Assembly: GCF_963921235.1 (NCBI RefSeq)
Contig: NC_086097.1
Coordinates: 67,954,001 to 68,018,000, forward strand
Direction of reading: 5' to 3'
Length of the DNA stretch: 64,000 bases
From: Mobula hypostoma
Taxonomy: Eukaryota
A program made the position numbers and the translations under genes. Under the pieces are notes generated by a model. The model was given only the letters and a program-made list of their open reading frames with translations, searched no databases and was not told where the DNA came from. Below, in pieces: positions 37,262 to 47,830 of this stretch. Numbering within the stretch: the first letter of the stretch is position 1; each line of letters starts with the position of its first letter.

Positions 37262-38530
37262 ATAAGACATCGGAGCAGAGTTAGGCCGTTTGGCCCATTG
37301 AGTCTGCTCCACCATTCCATCATGGCCAATTTATTATTCCTCTCAACCCCATTTTTCCACCTTCTCCCCATAACCTTTGATGCTCTTATCAATCAAGAAC
37401 CTATGAACGACCACTTTAAGTATACCCAGTGACTTTGCCTCTACAGCTGTCTGTGGCAATGAGTTCCACAGATTCACTGCCCTCTGGCTTAGAAATTCCT
37501 CTCTCTCTCTGTTTCAGAGGGACATCCTTTGATTCCAAGGTTGTGACCTCTGCTCCTGGACTCCCCCACTATAGCACACATCCTCTCTATATCCACTCTA
37601 TCTAGGCCTTTCAATATTTGATGGGTTTCAATGGTATCACCCCTCATTCTTCTAAATTCCAGTGAGTACATGCCCAGAGCAATCAAACATCATCTCCTCA
37701 TATGTTAGCCCTTTCGTTTCTGGGACCACTCTCATGAACCTCCTCTGGACCCTCTCCAATGTGAGCACCTTCTTTCTTAGGTACGGGGCCCAAAACTGCT
37801 CACAATACTAGTGTATTCTGAACATTGCCTTATTAAAGCTTCAGCATTACATCCTTGCTTTTATATCCTTGTCCTCTCGAAATGAATGCTAACATTTCAT
37901 CTATCTTCTTTACAACCAACTCAGCCTGCAAGTTAACCTTTAGGGAATCTGCATGAGGACTCCCATGTCCGTTTGCACCTCTGACTTCTGAATTTTCTCC
38001 TTATTTAGAAAACAGTCTACACCTTTATTCCTTTGACTAAAGTGCATGACCATACACTCCCCTACTCAGTATTCCATCTGTCAGTTTGCCCATTCTCCTA
38101 ATCTGTCTAAATTATTTTGCAGACTCTCCGTTTCCTCAACATTACCTGACCTTCCACCTATCTTTGTATTATTTGCAAACTTGGCCACAAATCCATCAAA
38201 TTCCATCATCTAAATCATTGACATATATCGTGAAAAGAAGCAGTCCTTACATTGGCCCCTATGCAAAAACACTAGTCACCAGCAACCAACTAGAAAAGGC
38301 CTCCTTTATTCCCACTCTTTGCTTCCTGCCAGTCAACCGACCTTCTGTCCATGTTTGTATCTTTCCTGTAATACCACAGAGTCTTATCTTGTTAAACAGC
38401 CTCATGCGCAGAACCTTGTCAAAGGCATTCTAAAAATGCAAGTAAGCAACAATCACTGAGCATCTTTTGTCTATCCTGCCTGTTATTTCGTCAAAGGATT
38501 CCAACAGATATATCAGATACGATTTCCCCT
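37262..38530 (-). mobile_element. CR1 LINE, 5'-truncated
   Basis: ORF 37489-37686 (YSLEFRRMRGD.IET..ILKGLDRVD). It is colinear with 29770-30900 and has a cataagac tail. Confidence 0.9.
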
Positions 38531-38929
38531 TCATCAAAAAACAGGAAAAGGCAAACAACAGGGCATTGACTTAAATTCAAAAACTGGCAGCCCAGAAACT
38601 TTACAATCTAATGAGTATTTTGAAGCAGTATGCAATTGAAGCTACTGTGTGCACACAGCAAATGCATAAACATAATTTCTGTCCTCTGTACACATGATAT
38701 ATTTGCAGACAGAAGCCACTGGGTAAGTGCCATTACAAATATGGACATCACCATTGTGGTCTTCTAACCTGAATATAGGATATATGAATTTTATGAGCCT
38801 CAACTGCAACAGCACAGCTTAACTGGAGGATTATGTCCTCATCCTGTGTTATAGAACAGGATAGGTAATTCTTCCTAATGCAAATTATTGTTTGCAAATA
38901 ACATCAATCTCCTCAGCACATTCTCACTC

Positions 38930-39470
38930 CAAACAGCCTATTGTGCCCTGCTTCTCCTCAAAAACTCATTTTTACTGCACTTTCAATGTACTCCATGACC
39001 TCTTGGATAACTTCCTGACTCCTTCTGACACTTCCATAGCATTCCTCTCGCAAACTACTCCCTGCAATTTCCTCCTCAGCATCTTGATCTTCTCTTTGAG
39101 CCACTCCACTAAATCTCCTTTGTACAAACCCTCCCTGAATATCTCAGCTCCCCTCTGACCACTACATTCACACCAACCATTCCCTTCCTCACTCCACTCC
39201 CACCTGCTTTACCTGCTGATATATTGCCAGCCCACTCCAATCTCCTTTTCACTCTTTCTCCTGCCTAGTCATGTTTCTATTCTCCAACCACATATTCTTC
39301 TGTCATCTTCTGCATCTGACAATCTATTCTCTCCCATTCTATCTCTGTTCTCTGATCTCTCTAACCCTTCCAATCTAACAACAGATCCTCCACAACCTTT
39401 TCCCTGGAATGCTGAGTCTCTGCAATTCCACATTGATCTTCTCCATGACTTTTTCTTCTCCTCTCCCAAG
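38930..39470 (-). mobile_element. Possible L1/Tx1 ORF1 remnant
   Basis: Purine-rich on the minus strand. ORF 39269-39469 'RMGENRLSDAED' resembles the L1-type ORF1 coiled coil. Confidence 0.4.
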
Positions 39471-40029
39471 GTGGGAGATCATAGAGGTAACTACAACTAT
39501 GCAGTTTATGCTAAGGTACATGCGCAGGGTCCAGGATTTCTGGTTTTAAATCACATAATTGTTTGATCACCATGTGTGTTGTTAATATCAGGTCCTATAG
39601 TCTCATTCCAAATGGTCAAAGACACTTCAAAGTGTTTTCAGAATTTCAAACCAGATGCCTTTGATTGTCCAACACTCCTTCGGTACTGCACTAGATGACA
39701 GCCTTGATTATGTACTCAAGTCATTAAAGTGGGGCTTAAACAAAAAAAAACTTACCGATTAAACAGCAATACTGTAGTTAAATGAGACAGGTAATTAACC
39801 CTCAACATCACTTAACAGCAAAACAGTTTTACTCAAAAGGAAAGGAATTTAGCAATATTTGCTGCTTTTCATTCAAAGAGCAGGGTTAATATAGCACAGA
39901 AATTAACTTACCCCTGGTAAGTTAAGAATTTTATTGAATGCTTTCATAAATTTCATAAAAACTTTGTCAAAATATTTTTCAGTCCTTCACCATAAAAATT
40001 CTCTGCACCTAGTTTTTTTTAAAAAAAAA

Positions 40030-40795
40030 GAGATTTAGGGATACAGCATGGTAACAGATTCTTCCAGCCCAGTGAGCCTGTGTTGCTCAACTACATCCAT
40101 GTGATCAATTAACTTACTAACCAGTAAGTTTTTGGAATATGTGAGGAAACTGGAGCACCCCAAAAAAAACCCACGCTGTTTTAGAAAGAATGTACAAACT
40201 CCTTACTATTGCAGTTGTACAAGATGTTAGTGAGGCTGCATTTGGAATACTATGTTTGCTTTTGGTCACCCCCATTATAGGGAAGATGCCATTAAGCTGG
40301 AAAGGGTGCAGAGGAGGTTTACGAGGATGTTGCTGGGACTCAAGCAACTGAGTTATCAAGAGAGTTTGAGCAGTTTGGGACTTCATTGGAATGTAGGAAA
40401 ATGAGAGGATCTTATGGATTTGCATACAATCATGAGGTGCATAGATAAGAAGAATGTCTTCTTCCCCAGGTTTGGGAATCAAGAACTAGAATGCATAGGT
40501 TCAAGTTGAAAGATGAGAGATTTAACAGGAGGCAATTTTTTCACCAGAGTGTAGTCAGTCTATGGAATAAGGTTAACAACATTACCCGGACAGGAGTATG
40601 GATAGGAAAGGTTTAGAGAAATGTGGGATAAAGACTGGCAAATAAGATTAGTTTAGATGGGAATCTTGGTTGGTGTGGACCAGATGGAACCAAGAGCCTG
40701 TTTCCATGCTAATTGACTCTGTGACAGTGGCGGAACTGAACCTGGGTCACTGGCACTGTAATAGCATTATGCTAATCACTATGCTAACATGCTGC
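40030..40795 (-). mobile_element. tRNA-derived V-SINE/HE1-like SINE split by a CR1 fragment
   Basis: The minus-strand head has A-box-like tagcatagtgattag and B-box-like ggttcagttcc (40725-40790). The central block 'aggaaactggagcacc...aaacccacgc...gaatgtacaaactcc' lies at 40140-40208. Confidence 0.7.
40209..40722 (+). mobile_element. CR1 3' fragment nested in the SINE
   Basis: Contains 'QLYKMLVRLHLEY...FWSP.YR', 'LERVQRRFTRMLLGL' and a CR1 3' UTR ending gactctgtgac. Confidence 0.85.
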
Positions 40796-41541
40796 TTCAA
40801 AGTTAAGCTCAAAAATGAGTCAGACTATCCATTCAATGTATAGCAGCATTAAAATAATAATGGCCATTCATAATGAGGTGAAATTTTCCAAACAATGTTA
40901 GAATTGCATTGCATGAAGTGACTGATTTGATCCCTTATTCTGCCTGTGAATTTCATAAAATTTTCCAGTTAAAAAATATATCTCTGTATCTCCACGGCCT
41001 GTCAACTGCATTATGAGCAGTGGGGATAAAGAAAGATCTGTTGAAGTATTGCCACGAGCAGTTTAATTTTCAGGGCTTTTCGGACATCGCACAGTGAAAG
41101 GAGTTTAAGAAAGAACAGAACACAATTTCTGCTGTGATAACTGACATGAAGATTTGTGAGGCCCAGAGGACAATAGGCTAGCATAGAGGGTATGATAAGG
41201 AACACATTGGGCCACTATATGCCTACAGTTATATTCACATATTCCAACAAAATTGTATTGCATGTAACATAATAATCTGTAAACAGAAGCAATGGGCATC
41301 CTAATTGAAATTACATACAAGAAAAACATAAATGTATTTTCAATAAATTCAAAATTTATTAAAAATTCTGCCCTTTACTGGAACAAACTTTGGGAGCACC
41401 ACTATTACAGAAGTAACATTTAAGATAAATTGACAGCCGTTATTTGACAATTAATCTTGCTTGAAAACATAAAATTGTCATCTTCACATTTTCTTAATAT
41501 TAGTACATATCACAACTTTGCACAAAATAAAATAATTTTAC

Positions 41542-41583
41542 CTTTTAACTTCTGGTGATACACAGACTGCATACAGGGGAATT
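41542..41583 (-). other. Candidate 42-nt symmetric exon (FPCMQSVYHQKLK or IPLYAVCVSPEVK)
   Basis: Minus strand reads cattttag|AATTCC...TAAAAG|gtaaaa within a ~2.3-kb repeat-free island. Confidence 0.25.
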
Positions 41584-43237
41584 CTAAAATGTTTCAATAT
41601 GCAGACATAGTTTGAATTTCTATCCATCTCTACAGTAAAACCATCCATCCAGAACTGTCATGACATTGGGAATTACTTGGAATATTTTTTATTTGATAAA
41701 TAGGATTTCGTTAAATTTCTCCAAAGGATAAAACTGTTTACTTTTCATCACTAGTAAGAATGTACGATTTTAAAGTAAGCTCAGGCTTCAAAACATAAAC
41801 TTTATTGGAAATAAAATGCTAATATGATTAAATTCATCCAAACTATAAATAATGCAAGTTACTGTAAATAATATTCAAAATTTTTGTTCACAAAATATTT
41901 GCTTTGCGTAATTGTTAATTGTTTGAACTGTTAAGCATTATTTAAACTTATTGAGAAAAGTGCAGTTTTTCTACAGATACTTGTTTTAATTGGTTTATCA
42001 ACAACTGTGACACTTTCAGAAATACAACTTCCCATAATAAATATTTACATATCATATCCTTCCTATAACAGATTTGTAAATTATAGATATTTGTAAATAA
42101 AACTTTACTTCTCCATTCCCTCTTTTGCAGGAAAGTGTAATTAATGAATAACACTATTTGTCAGCATAATAAAAATTCAGACCTGTGACAAACACTGGAG
42201 ATTACATGGATAGTCTTGTATTTGATAAAAGGGATTAAGTTAAATTTTCTCAAAGAAAAAATATTTACTTATAATTATCATAATTATTGTGCAGAACTGA
42301 AGGAGAAATATCAAATAAAGAATTTGTGATCCATCCACGAATTTGAAAATAAGAATCCCAGAAAATGCCATGCAAAAAAAGTTACATCTTCATAATGATG
42401 GTTCCTGCATAAATGTGACATTCATCCTATTGAAAAATCATCACTGAGGAGCAGAGTAGCATTAAGTGATCCAGCTTTGGCACTTCAACCCACAATTGAT
42501 ATTGCATAATGAGAATTGCAAGTGATCCTGCTCATACAGCTAAACATTCTGTAAAAGTAACTGACAATTCCCAAGCTTGCTGACTGTAATTTAACAAGAC
42601 TACATGGATTCAGCTATCTTATTTGCTTTTACAGGCAAGCCACTGACAATTCAATGAAAGTGCAACACCAGGTTTAATAGAAAAAATGCTAACCAAGGAA
42701 AAGAATGGCTCAAGCCATACCCACTTTTTTTACATTAATGCTAGAAGGACTGGTAAAATACGAAGGTGGAATATTTTAAATCTACTGATCACTCAAGTAA
42801 ATTTGAAAATATGTGCTCACAGTTGACTAGTGCTTACCTAATACAAAACACAAAATTATTAAAACAAAATAAATAGCTCAGAAAGCAGAGAGTATTGAAA
42901 TCTTCACTATTTGAAAAGAAATAAAATTGGCATCAAGTTCCAAAAGCATTACGTTCCAAAAGCAGACTACAGTAATCACAATCACCTTCACATTGTTAAT
43001 TAGAACAGAGCAAGTAATGCTGGCAGAGCAAGTAATGCCTGGATCTTGAAAAATGAATAAATGAATGATATTCTCTCAGGATTGCATGATACTGTATTGC
43101 AGGTGAACAGTAGTTAAAATGAAACATCCCAAACAGAAATATATCCATAGGATTAAAAAAACACAGTTTGATGTAGTCACACACATCAAAGTTGCTGGTG
43201 AACGCAGCAGGCCAGGCAGCATCTGTAGGAAGAGGTG

Positions 43238-43275
43238 CAGTCGACGTTTCAGGCCGAGACCCTTCGTCAGGACTA
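43238..43275 (-). ncRNA. Minimal type I hammerhead ribozyme, intact core
   Basis: Minus strand reads TAGTC-CTGACGA-AGG-gtctcgg-CCT-GAAA-C-GTC-GACTG: stem I AGTC/GACT, stem II AGG/CCT, palindromic ACGT in place of stem III, and a GUC cleavage triplet. Confidence 0.85.
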
Positions 43276-43559
43276 ACTGAAGGAAGAGTGAGTAAGGGAT
43301 TTGAAAGTTAGAGGGGGAGGGGGAGATCCAAAATGATAGGAGAAGACAGGAAGGGGAGGGATAGAGCCAAGAGCTGGACAGGTGATAGGGAAAAGGGGAT
43401 ACGAGAGGATCATGGGACAGGAGGTCCGGGAAGAAAGACAAGTGGGGGGGGACCAGAGGATGGGCAAGAGGTATATTCAGAGGGAGAAAAAGGAGAGTGA
43501 GAGAAAGAATGTGTGCATAAAAATAAGTAACAGATGGGGTACGAGGGGGAGGTGGGGCC

Positions 43560-44030
43560 TTAGCGGAAGTTAGAGAAGTCGATGTTCATGCCATCAGGTT
43601 GGAGGCTACCCAGACGGAATATAAGGTGTTGTTCCTCCAACCTGAGTGTGGCTTCATCTTTACAGTAGAGGAGGCCGTGGATAGACATGTCAGAATGGGA
43701 ATGGGATGTAGAATTAAAATGTGTGGCCACTGGGAGATCCTGCTTTCTCTGGCGGACAGAGCGTAGATGTTCAGCAAAGCGGTCTCCCAGTCTGCGTTGG
43801 GTCTTGCCAATATATAAAAGGCCACATCGGGAGCACTGGACACAGTATATCACCCCAGCCGACTCACAGGTGAAGTGTTGCCTCACCTGGAAGGACTTTT
43901 TGGGGCCCTGAATGGTGGTAAGGGAGGAAGTGTAAGGGCATGTGCAGCACTTGTTCCGCTTACACGGATAAGTGCCAGGAGGGAGATCAGTGGGGAGGGA
44001 TGGGGGAACGAATGGACAAGGGAGCTGCAT
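43560..44030 (-). CDS. GIY-YIG endonuclease domain (C-terminus of the Penelope-like ORF; RT part truncated away)
   Basis: 'PCKRNKCCTC...FTCESAGVIYCVQCSRCGLLYIGKTQRRLGDRFAEH...VATHFN...LEEQHLIFRLGSLQPDGMN' retains VIY/YIG, the conserved R, H, E and N, and the upstream Cys cluster. Confidence 0.9.
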   Translation of the reverse strand: MQLPCPFVPPSLPTDLPPGTYPCKRNKCCTCPYTSSLTTIQGPKKSFQVRQHFTCESAGVIYCVQCSRCGLLYIGKTQRRLGDRFAEHLRSVRQRKQDLPVATHFNSTSHSHSDMSIHGLLYCKDEATLRLEEQHLIFRLGSLQPDGMNIDFSNFR

Positions 44031-44164
44031 AGGGAGCGATCCCTGCGGAATGCAGGGGGGGGAGGGAAAGATGTGCTTAGTGGTGGGATCCCGTTGGAGG
44101 TGGCGGAAGTTTGATGTAGTCCTTGGTTACAAATGAGATGCTTAAAAAGCATGAATAATACAAT

Positions 44165-44187
44165 ACACACACACACACACACACACA
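44165..44187. repeat. (CA)n microsatellite
   Basis: Seen directly. Another (CA)n lies at 6559-6586. Confidence 0.95.
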
Positions 44188-44539
44188 AGATTTGACTCAG
44201 TGGTCTCCACTTCTGTGCTAACTATGCCACAATGGCTTTGAATGGCTTCTGAGACCAGTACGCAAATTTACAGTGCAATTTGTTTAGCAGAATTAATACT
44301 TGCCAGCCTATTGCTCACTGGAAGTTTGCATTGTAGGCAGATTATGGTATTGATCAGTGGATAACAACAACTTAATACTAGCTCTGCCAAGTTGGCACTC
44401 AGTACTTACACCAATCCCCATCTCTTCGCCCCGTTCTGAATATTTTCAGCGGTCACCAGGATCTCCAGTGTTATTTAAATAAATCCACTATTTTGGACTT
44501 TAGTGGCTATCAGTCTAGATTCTTTGAGTCTCAAGTGGG

Positions 44540-46315
44540 TGCTGTGCCAAGTATTTTCTCTGCCAACTACTTTAATTCCTCCTACTCTGTCATGTCTAAA
44601 ACAATGCAACTCTGGAACATTGAACTATTAGTCCTACCTCTCCTGCAACTAAATCTCACCAATGGCTGCAATGTTATAATTCCATTTGCTGATCCATGCC
44701 CTCTCATTCACCTTTCCTACAATACTCATTGCATTGAAATATATACAAATCAGAACATTAGTCCCACCATGCCCAACCTTTCGATTTCTGATTTCATATG
44801 TAGACTTAACAACATCTTTCCCCCACAAGCACTCCATTATCTGCTCTAGTGCATTGATTCCCATCCCCCTGCAACTCTAGTTTAACCCCCCCCCCCAACT
44901 CCCATGCAGCAGTCGCAAACCTTCCTGCTGGGATATCAGTCCCCTTCCAGTTCGGGTGCAAACCACCCACCTGCACAGTCCCAATTTCTCCTTAGTCATG
45001 TTTTAAACGCATGATCTCCTTACTTCTGACCTCACTAGCATGTGGCATGAGTAGCAACTCAGAGATCATATTCTTGGAGGTCTTGTCCTTTAACATGGCA
45101 CCTAACAGGGAGGAGGAGCCTCGGAGGATTAATGGCGCCTAACGGCCACTCCTTAGCTTGCATCTTTGGAAACAGCTTTATTTCCATCCTTAATATCTCT
45201 GTTTTTCCTTTTCAGGGTTCTTTTGAAGACCCTGACCTGGAGTTACACGCTGACTAGGTGGTCCTTGCAGGAATGGGACCCCCTCTCGGGGTTTCACGAC
45301 TGGCTGTTATTTGACACGCCAAAGACGCGGCCTAAGAGCTCAACTCACCTTCGGAGGACTGAGATCTCATGTCTCTGGAGACAGGCGGATTGAATGCCGG
45401 TGTCACAGCAGGAGATCGGTGTGTCATCGGAAAATCTACAGCAGTGTGCCCAGAGACCCTTGGGCACAGAGCTCAGAAAAAACGACGCAACGGACTTTTA
45501 ACATCATAAACCAGCAAGCTGTTTGTTATGTCTCCCTTCTCGCTGTGAAACGAGGGCACCTCTCTCCCCCTTATTAAAGAGAGAGACAGATAGATAGATA
45601 GATAGATATTGAATACCGGGTGAAAACATAGTCTTTGGAGTACTGCAAGTCTGTGTCTTTGCTGTTGCTTTGCTCACACTTGGCTACTCGGCGGTGGGTA
45701 CCAATGCTTCTTTTTGCCAGTGGGGAGAGGGGGAATCATTGCTTGCTGCTGCTTGGGGGAGGGAAGCTTGGCGGGACTTTGGGATTCTAACATTTAACCG
45801 TTATTCATTCCTTGGGGGGGACTCCTCTGTTTTTGTGGATGGTTGCAAAGAAAAAGCATTTCAGGATGTATATTGTATACATTTCTCTGACATTAAATGC
45901 ACCTTTGAAACCTTCGAAACTCCCTGAACTCATTTTGCAGGACCTCGTCACCTTCCCTACCCATGTAATTGGTACCGACATGGACCATAATTTTTGGGAG
46001 CTCATCCTCCCAAAGAAGAATGCTGTGGACTCAATCTGCGATGTCCCTGACCGTGGCACCCAGGAGGCAACATACCATCCAGGAAACTCATTCTCATCCA
46101 CAGGACCTCCTGCCTGTTCCCCTTACTATTGAATCCCCTATCGCTACAGATTGCCTCTTCTCCCCCTTTCTCTTCTGAGCCACAGAGCCCTGACTCAGCG
46201 CAAGAGCCCTGACCACTGTGTTGATCATCTGCTGAGTCACCTCACCAAACCACCCCTCCCCCCAACAGTATTCTGAGGGGAATGGCCACAGGTGTACTCT
46301 GCACTGGCTACCTAT
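44540..46315 (-). mobile_element. CR1 ORF1 end / ORF2 start, split by an insertion
   Basis: ORF 44649-44864 (CIYFNAMSIVGKVNE.RAWIS.WNY.I.AI.E) and ORF 45805-46101 plus upstream 'VAIGDSIVRG' (GDS esterase-type ORF1). Confidence 0.8.
45107..45917 (+). mobile_element. ~810-bp non-coding retroposon (LINE-tail-bearing, non-autonomous)
   Basis: It interrupts the CR1 sequence cacctaac|tccctg. It has a CpG-rich 5' part with atggcgcc and a 3' end 'tatacatttctctgacattaaatgcacctttgaaaccttcgaa' resembling the Rex1-type tails in this window. No recognisable ORF. Confidence 0.6.
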
Positions 46316-47019
46316 GGAGATCCACTGTAATGGTAAAATGTTTCCTTCCCTCTTTTTGTCCTTGCTGGTGTTTGACCATTATGTGCCCATATATATATAT
46401 ATTTTTTGCGTGACTGTGCGCTCACTATTTTGAATGTGCTGAGGATGCTTTGCACCTTGGCCCCAGCGGAACACCGTTCCGTTCGGCTGTATTCATGTAT
46501 GGCTGAATGATAATTTAACTTGGATTCGATTTGAATTGTAATTTGAAATGCCTAATATCCTTGTAGCAGTCACAGTACTTTCATTCTGTGGCAATCCTCG
46601 GTTACCTATACACGAGTTGTTACAAAGACGAACTTAAAGGGCGACATGGATTACTTTGTGACAGCATGGTTCTTAATCGCAGTGTGCTCTTGTGTGTGCA
46701 GTGAATGTCATGCTGCTGATCAGACTATCGCTATGGTCAACTAATTACAGTGACAGAGCTACCGTAGGCAACACCTGCAGTTCATAGCAAAGCAAGGTTC
46801 AAACATTATATTGGTCTGCTATATGCCGCTTAATTTTTGCCATTAGTTATACTACAATAGGAGCAGGAGGAGGAGAAGGAGGAGGAACAGTCTCAGAGTA
46901 GAAGGATGCCCCTCAAGAACACAGAAGAGGAGAAATTCCTTTAGCCAGATGGTAGTGACTCTGTGGAACCTTTTGCCATGGGTAGCTGTAGAGTCCAAGT
47001 CATTGGGTACATTTAAAGG

Positions 47020-47830
47020 TTATAAACACTAGAAAGTCTGCAGATGCTGGAAATCCAAAGCAACACACATAAAATGCTGGAGGAACTCAGCATCAATGTG
47101 CAAGGGGGTTTCAACTTATATGTTACTGCGGAGGCTAATTAAAATGGTGTCTTTGTTATGTTAATCTGGGGAATGCAGCTTTGTTGTGTTAAACGTTGAG
47201 AAAGTTTGCACTAGCAGTTTGTTTTGGTTTAGAGTGTGATAAGAAATATGTTATTAACAAATTGGGTTAGTTGTTATGTTTTTGGTGTATTTGAAGATAC
47301 TGTATGCGCGGGGTTTTGGAGCAGAAGGCCGGAGAGTGAGACAGAAGATGGATGAGGTGCTGTGATGTCCGCTAACGGGGTTGGAACCCGAGGAGGGCGT
47401 TGGGCGAGGAGACGGCCTCGTGTGGAGCGTCTGGTCGACCACCGTTGGTGGTCCCAGGCGGCTGGTCGAGGTGGTCCGAGGGGTCGCGGGGTGAAGAAGA
47501 AGGTCCTTGAGCTCCAACTGTTTGTGCACGAAGAGATTGGACTTTGATAAGTGTGGCACCTTTTATTTTCCTTTTATATTTTATTCTCTCTTAATTATAT
47601 AGTTCCAGTAATATCTATAAACTGTAAATCATTTAATTGCATCTGGTGTATTGTCTGTTATTTGGGCGGGGTGGGATACATCACACAGCATCCACACAAA
47701 CGAATTACCCAGTTTGCCGGGGCCGAGGGCTGTTTCCCCAGACGACTGCGAGCCGAGCGACCCTGAGGGTGGCCGGGGGGGCTACATATGGAAATGTTGA
47801 CATTTTGGGCCGAGGCCCTTCTTCAGGACA
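47020..47830 (-). mobile_element. Penelope-like terminal fragment split by a solo LTR
   Basis: 'tctgcagatgctggaaatccaaagcaacacacataaaatgctggaggaactcagcatc' (47037-47094) resumes as 'tatggaaatgttgacattttgggccgaggcccttcttcaggac' (47787-47829), a degenerate hammerhead. Confidence 0.75.
47099..47786 (+). mobile_element. Solo LTR (TG...CA, 4-bp TSD aatg/tatg)
   Basis: Starts tgcaaggggg and ends gggctaca. It has a CpG-rich interior and is homologous to 61708-62449. Confidence 0.8.

Larger units (their letters stand above)
43179..44107 (-). mobile_element. Penelope-like element (Neptune-like), 5'-truncated, with 14-bp TSD
   Basis: Perfect flanking repeat agtttgatgtagtc at 43165-43178 and 44108-44121. 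It carries a GIY-YIG ORF, a pyrimidine-rich 3' region and a hammerhead motif. Confidence 0.95.

Noticed and set aside
39903..39925. 10-bp inverted repeat ttaacttacc-cct-ggtaagttaa with donors on both strands
   Set aside because: Short AT-rich hairpins like this are expected by chance in 64 kb, and there is no supporting exon.
47790..47830. Active hammerheads at 47790-47830, 36370-36400 and 6635-6672
   Set aside because: They are homologous to the ribozyme, but core or stem positions are mutated (e.g. GAAA to AAAA), so I treat them as dead copies.
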